This document shows, piece after piece, positions 61,318 through 64,000 of a stretch of DNA of 64,000 nt. Position 1 is the stretch's first letter; the number at the start of each line of letters is the position of its first letter. Source of the stretch: Polyangiales bacterium (GTDB lineage: Bacteria > Myxococcota_A > Polyangia > Polyangiales > Ga0077539); contig JBGARZ010000020.1 in assembly GCA_044229975.1 (NCBI GenBank), positions 108,036 through 172,035 of the forward strand, in the 5' to 3' direction. Position numbers and translations under genes: made by a program. Below the pieces are notes generated by a model that saw only the letters and a program-made list of their open reading frames with translations, did no database searches and was not told the DNA's origin.

Positions 61318-62838
61318 CTACTTCTCTACCGGCTCTGCCCCTCGAATCATTGCCTGAAAAGCACTACCCGGGGACCCGGCCTCGAACCTCTGCAAAGCCT
61401 CAGTACGGACATTCGGATCAAGACGCCAGCCGTCCAGCGACAAAGCCTCCGGGCTCCCGTGCTCGTCCAGAGTCCATCCGAGGACAGGGCCAGCATAGCC
61501 CACCGCCAGTGCGACAAGCGCGACCATCATCGATCGGACTTTGGCAATCCGCTCCAGGTCGCGGTCTATGTTGCGCTCGCGCTCGTCCTTGACCATGAGC
61601 GCCGTGTGCGCGACCACATCCCGGTACCGAATCTCCTCTTTTAGATCTCTTGAGAGCTTCACATCGAACCCATCAAACGCCTGCTTGACGATACTCGCGG
61701 TGGCATGCTCAGGCGCGCTGTTGAGCTTGTTTATCAGCCTGTCAACCTGTGCGGGGTTGAATGCGTGGCTTTCAATCTCGCCTCGCTTTGAGGCAACCCA
61801 TGTCTTCCACTCTGAGATACTCTTTACGAGAGGGTCATTGCCGACAGCGCGTGTACTGACGACTCTCTCTGCGAACGCCTCCAGACCGACGTGAAGCTTC
61901 AGGTACGCCCCGTCGAGGTGTTCGTCCAACACATCGACGTACAGCGCCAACGGGATATAGAGCCGCAACTCTGGCGCGTCTCGCAACTTTTGGCTGAGAC
62001 GGGTGAAGAAGGCTGCCTGCCACGCCTCGCGGACCGATGTCGGAACGAGCGGGCACCCGTGGGCGTCCTCCATACGACCCATTCCAAGGTGCATCCCGAC
62101 CACCGCTTCGACGTCCCCGTTCTCAGAAATACCGATGAACGTATCGGGACGGAGTCGCTCGCCCAGAACGAACTGCAGGGCCAAGAAATCGTCACGAACA
62201 GCATCCAGGGCGTCCGGCCCCTCTGGATCCCGCTCAATCACGAGAAAGCGCTCCCGTGCGTGGGGAGGCGATGTGTTGACCAGATAGTAGGTAGCGGCCC
62301 CGCGTAGGCGCAGGTTTCCGGAACTAAACCCGCCAGATCCGAGCTCGATCATCAGATTCCGACTCATGCTGGCAGCGTGAAGAGGGGTGATCCGCGTGAT
62401 CCAGAAACGCGGTTGCCGTCCCGAGGTCGCTCTCCAATGGTACGCCTTGAGCGCTCCCGCGACTGTGGTCGTGTCGTCGCGCGTGCTGATTCGAGGCCCA
62501 TCTCGAAGCGTCTCCACGGTCGTGAAGCTCCACCCCTGCTTCAAGTCACCCTTGATGGGCAGCCGGTTTGGACTGTTCTGAACGTCGATCAGCGGCATGG
62601 CAACGTCACGATCCACGTCGGCGGTCGAGAAGCTGTAGTTCAGGAGCAGCCAGCCGTTCTCAAGAGTGACGACGGACGGTACAGCGGAGAGATCATGCCC
62701 TCCCCATTCAACTTTGCTGGGGCTCCCGAGTTCGGGAAGTTCTGGGACCCATCCATTCACTATCCGCCGGAGCAGTCCAGCAACCTCGGGAGAAAGGGAC
62801 GTCGGCGTTGAAGGTGGCGAGCTTTCCGAGGTCGTCAT
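61318..62838 (-). CDS. ApeA-like HEPN domain protein
   Basis: YLKLHVGLEA and RDVVAH (R-x4-H) in the C-half; beta-rich N-half; lower GC. Confidence 0.55.
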   Translation of the reverse strand: MTTSESSPPSTPTSLSPEVAGLLRRIVNGWVPELPELGSPSKVEWGGHDLSAVPSVVTLENGWLLLNYSFSTADVDRDVAMPLIDVQNSPNRLPIKGDLKQGWSFTTVETLRDGPRISTRDDTTTVAGALKAYHWRATSGRQPRFWITRITPLHAASMSRNLMIELGSGGFSSGNLRLRGAATYYLVNTSPPHARERFLVIERDPEGPDALDAVRDDFLALQFVLGERLRPDTFIGISENGDVEAVVGMHLGMGRMEDAHGCPLVPTSVREAWQAAFFTRLSQKLRDAPELRLYIPLALYVDVLDEHLDGAYLKLHVGLEAFAERVVSTRAVGNDPLVKSISEWKTWVASKRGEIESHAFNPAQVDRLINKLNSAPEHATASIVKQAFDGFDVKLSRDLKEEIRYRDVVAHTALMVKDERERNIDRDLERIAKVRSMMVALVALAVGYAGPVLGWTLDEHGSPEALSLDGWRLDPNVRTEALQRFEAGSPGSAFQAMIRGAEPVEK

Positions 62839-62987
62839 GACAATCGTGGTCTCCCTGAACCGTCGCAGAATCTGAGGATGCCCCCGTCCTTCGCGCGCCG
62901 GTCTAGTGAGGTGAGGGCGTAGCGGTCCAACACGGCGATGAGCTCGTCGCGGGTGAGGTGCGGAAGAACGTCGCGTGCGGTGGGCAC
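62835..62987 (-). pseudogene. Short N-terminal gene fragment (VPTARDVLPHLTRDEL...DRRAKD)
   Basis: Resembles N-terminal helical segments recalled from myxobacterial methyltransferase/restriction proteins; ends after about 50 codons, overlapping the HEPN gene start. Confidence 0.25.
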
Positions 62988-63558
62988 GGGTGGGACGGTA
63001 TCGAACGGACGGGGCGGGTGGAAGGGCTTCGTCGAGCCGTTCGTGGGGTCCCGGCCCCTCACGGCCGGGGCTCAGCGGCCCGCGGCGATGGACGCGCACA
63101 AATTCAAGCATCTTTGGCACCGCCGGCACGGTCGCTGTCCTGGGGTCGAACCCAGCGACCCCTTCGGCCCCGTGGAGCCGGTGGTTCCTCCGTACAGTCG
63201 CCCGCCGCAGGGGTGCCCCAGCCCGACTGCGGGGCCATGGGGGGGCCGTAGACGCCGCCCCCGTGACCGTGGCGTGGCCGCGGGCGGGAGCCGACCTCAC
63301 GGGCGACGGCGGGGCTCCTGACGCCGCCGCGCACGGGTGGCGAGCGCCTCGATGAGCGGCACCCGCACCGCGTCACCTAGCGACACGGGCGGGGCCTCCC
63401 TTCGCCTCCCCCAGACGTGGCCCGCGAGCTTGTCGTCGGAGAGGTGCTTGCGGGTCCGCCGGGGGATCGACGCGGGGATGCTGGGCTTACCCGGCGGACG
63501 GGATTCGCCGGTCTCCGAGGAGTCTTAGTTTCGCCCTCAACAGCCAGGGCTTGACGTT

Positions 63559-63984
63559 CTAATCGCAGGGCGGCGGCGCGAAGTGAGCGGGCCAACGCGT
63601 CGCAGTGTCGCAGGTCACATCCACGAAGCGCGCACCTGTGAGGTCTGCGCCTCTGAGGTCTGCACCCGTCAGAATCGCGCCACCAAGGTTGGCGTTTGTG
63701 AGGTTCGCGTTTGTGAGGTTTGCATGTCTGAAGTCCGTGCGCCCCAGCTCCGCATTCGTCAGGTTTGCACGAGTGAAGATTGCACGAGAAAAGTCTGCGC
63801 CGTTGAAGTCTGCCCCGGTAAAGTTCGCCCGTGTGAAGTTGACGGCCACGAAGCTCGAACGTAACCGTTCAGGGGGTTGCGGGGAGCTCCGGGTTCGTCT
63901 AGCGATCGCCGTGTGACGTCGTGGCGCGACCGACTGCCGCCGGTGAGCGAGGCCGATCTGGCGGTCACGCCGCCGTCGGTTCAC
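63559..63984 (-). CDS. Pentapeptide repeat protein; start uncertain, possibly frameshifted or truncated
   Basis: A(N/D)(F/L)xx repeats and terminal CD..TRWP..F motif; N-terminal part of the ORF looks non-coding. Confidence 0.65.
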   Translation of the reverse strand: MNRRRRDRQIGLAHRRQSVAPRRHTAIARRTRSSPQPPERLRSSFVAVNFTRANFTGADFNGADFSRAIFTRANLTNAELGRTDFRHANLTNANLTNANLGGAILTGADLRGADLTGARFVDVTCDTATRWPAHFAPPPCD

Positions 63985-64000
63985 GCCCGCTACACCGCAT

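Overview
High-GC bacterial DNA. The gene content (myxobacterial-type ECF sigma/anti-sigma locus, VWA lipoprotein remnant, PilB/GspE ATPase, TPR/STAND-like proteins) suggests Myxococcota; this is inference. The window has two parts. (1) 1-31.2 kb is mostly chromosomal housekeeping and regulatory genes (ArsR-SRPBCC, APC permease, YqeY, ECF sigma, msrB, SDR, cNMP-PilB fusion, two-component pair, kynA, a MoxR/RavA locus, Liv transporter genes, yebC), ending in tRNA-Leu(GAG) at 31134-31215. (2) From about 31.2 kb to the window end is an integrative element at that tRNA. It carries a tyrosine integrase with putative arm-type repeats, two excisionase-like HTH genes, and a 1193-aa primase-like/UL9-CyRepA1-type SF2 helicase replicase with a candidate origin (15-bp inverted repeat around an AT-rich spacer) inside its own gene. 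Next is a co-oriented module (AAA ATPase, DUF2201-metallopeptidase-VWA, DUF932-like, LRR protein, two paralogous M41/FtsH-like proteins with a degenerate zinc motif flanking a ParB-like gene) associated with three copies of a conserved bipartite promoter-like motif. A defence island follows: Zn micro-protein, UDG-superfamily protein, SNF2/DUF3883-DUF1156 MTase-Swt1 HEPN/DUF499 restriction-like system, PD-(D/E)XK protein, GmrSD-like protein and ApeA-like HEPN protein. No attR, conjugation or capsid genes are visible. All family calls come from motif recognition by eye; no database search was run. Several starts were moved from the ORF track to more plausible downstream starts.
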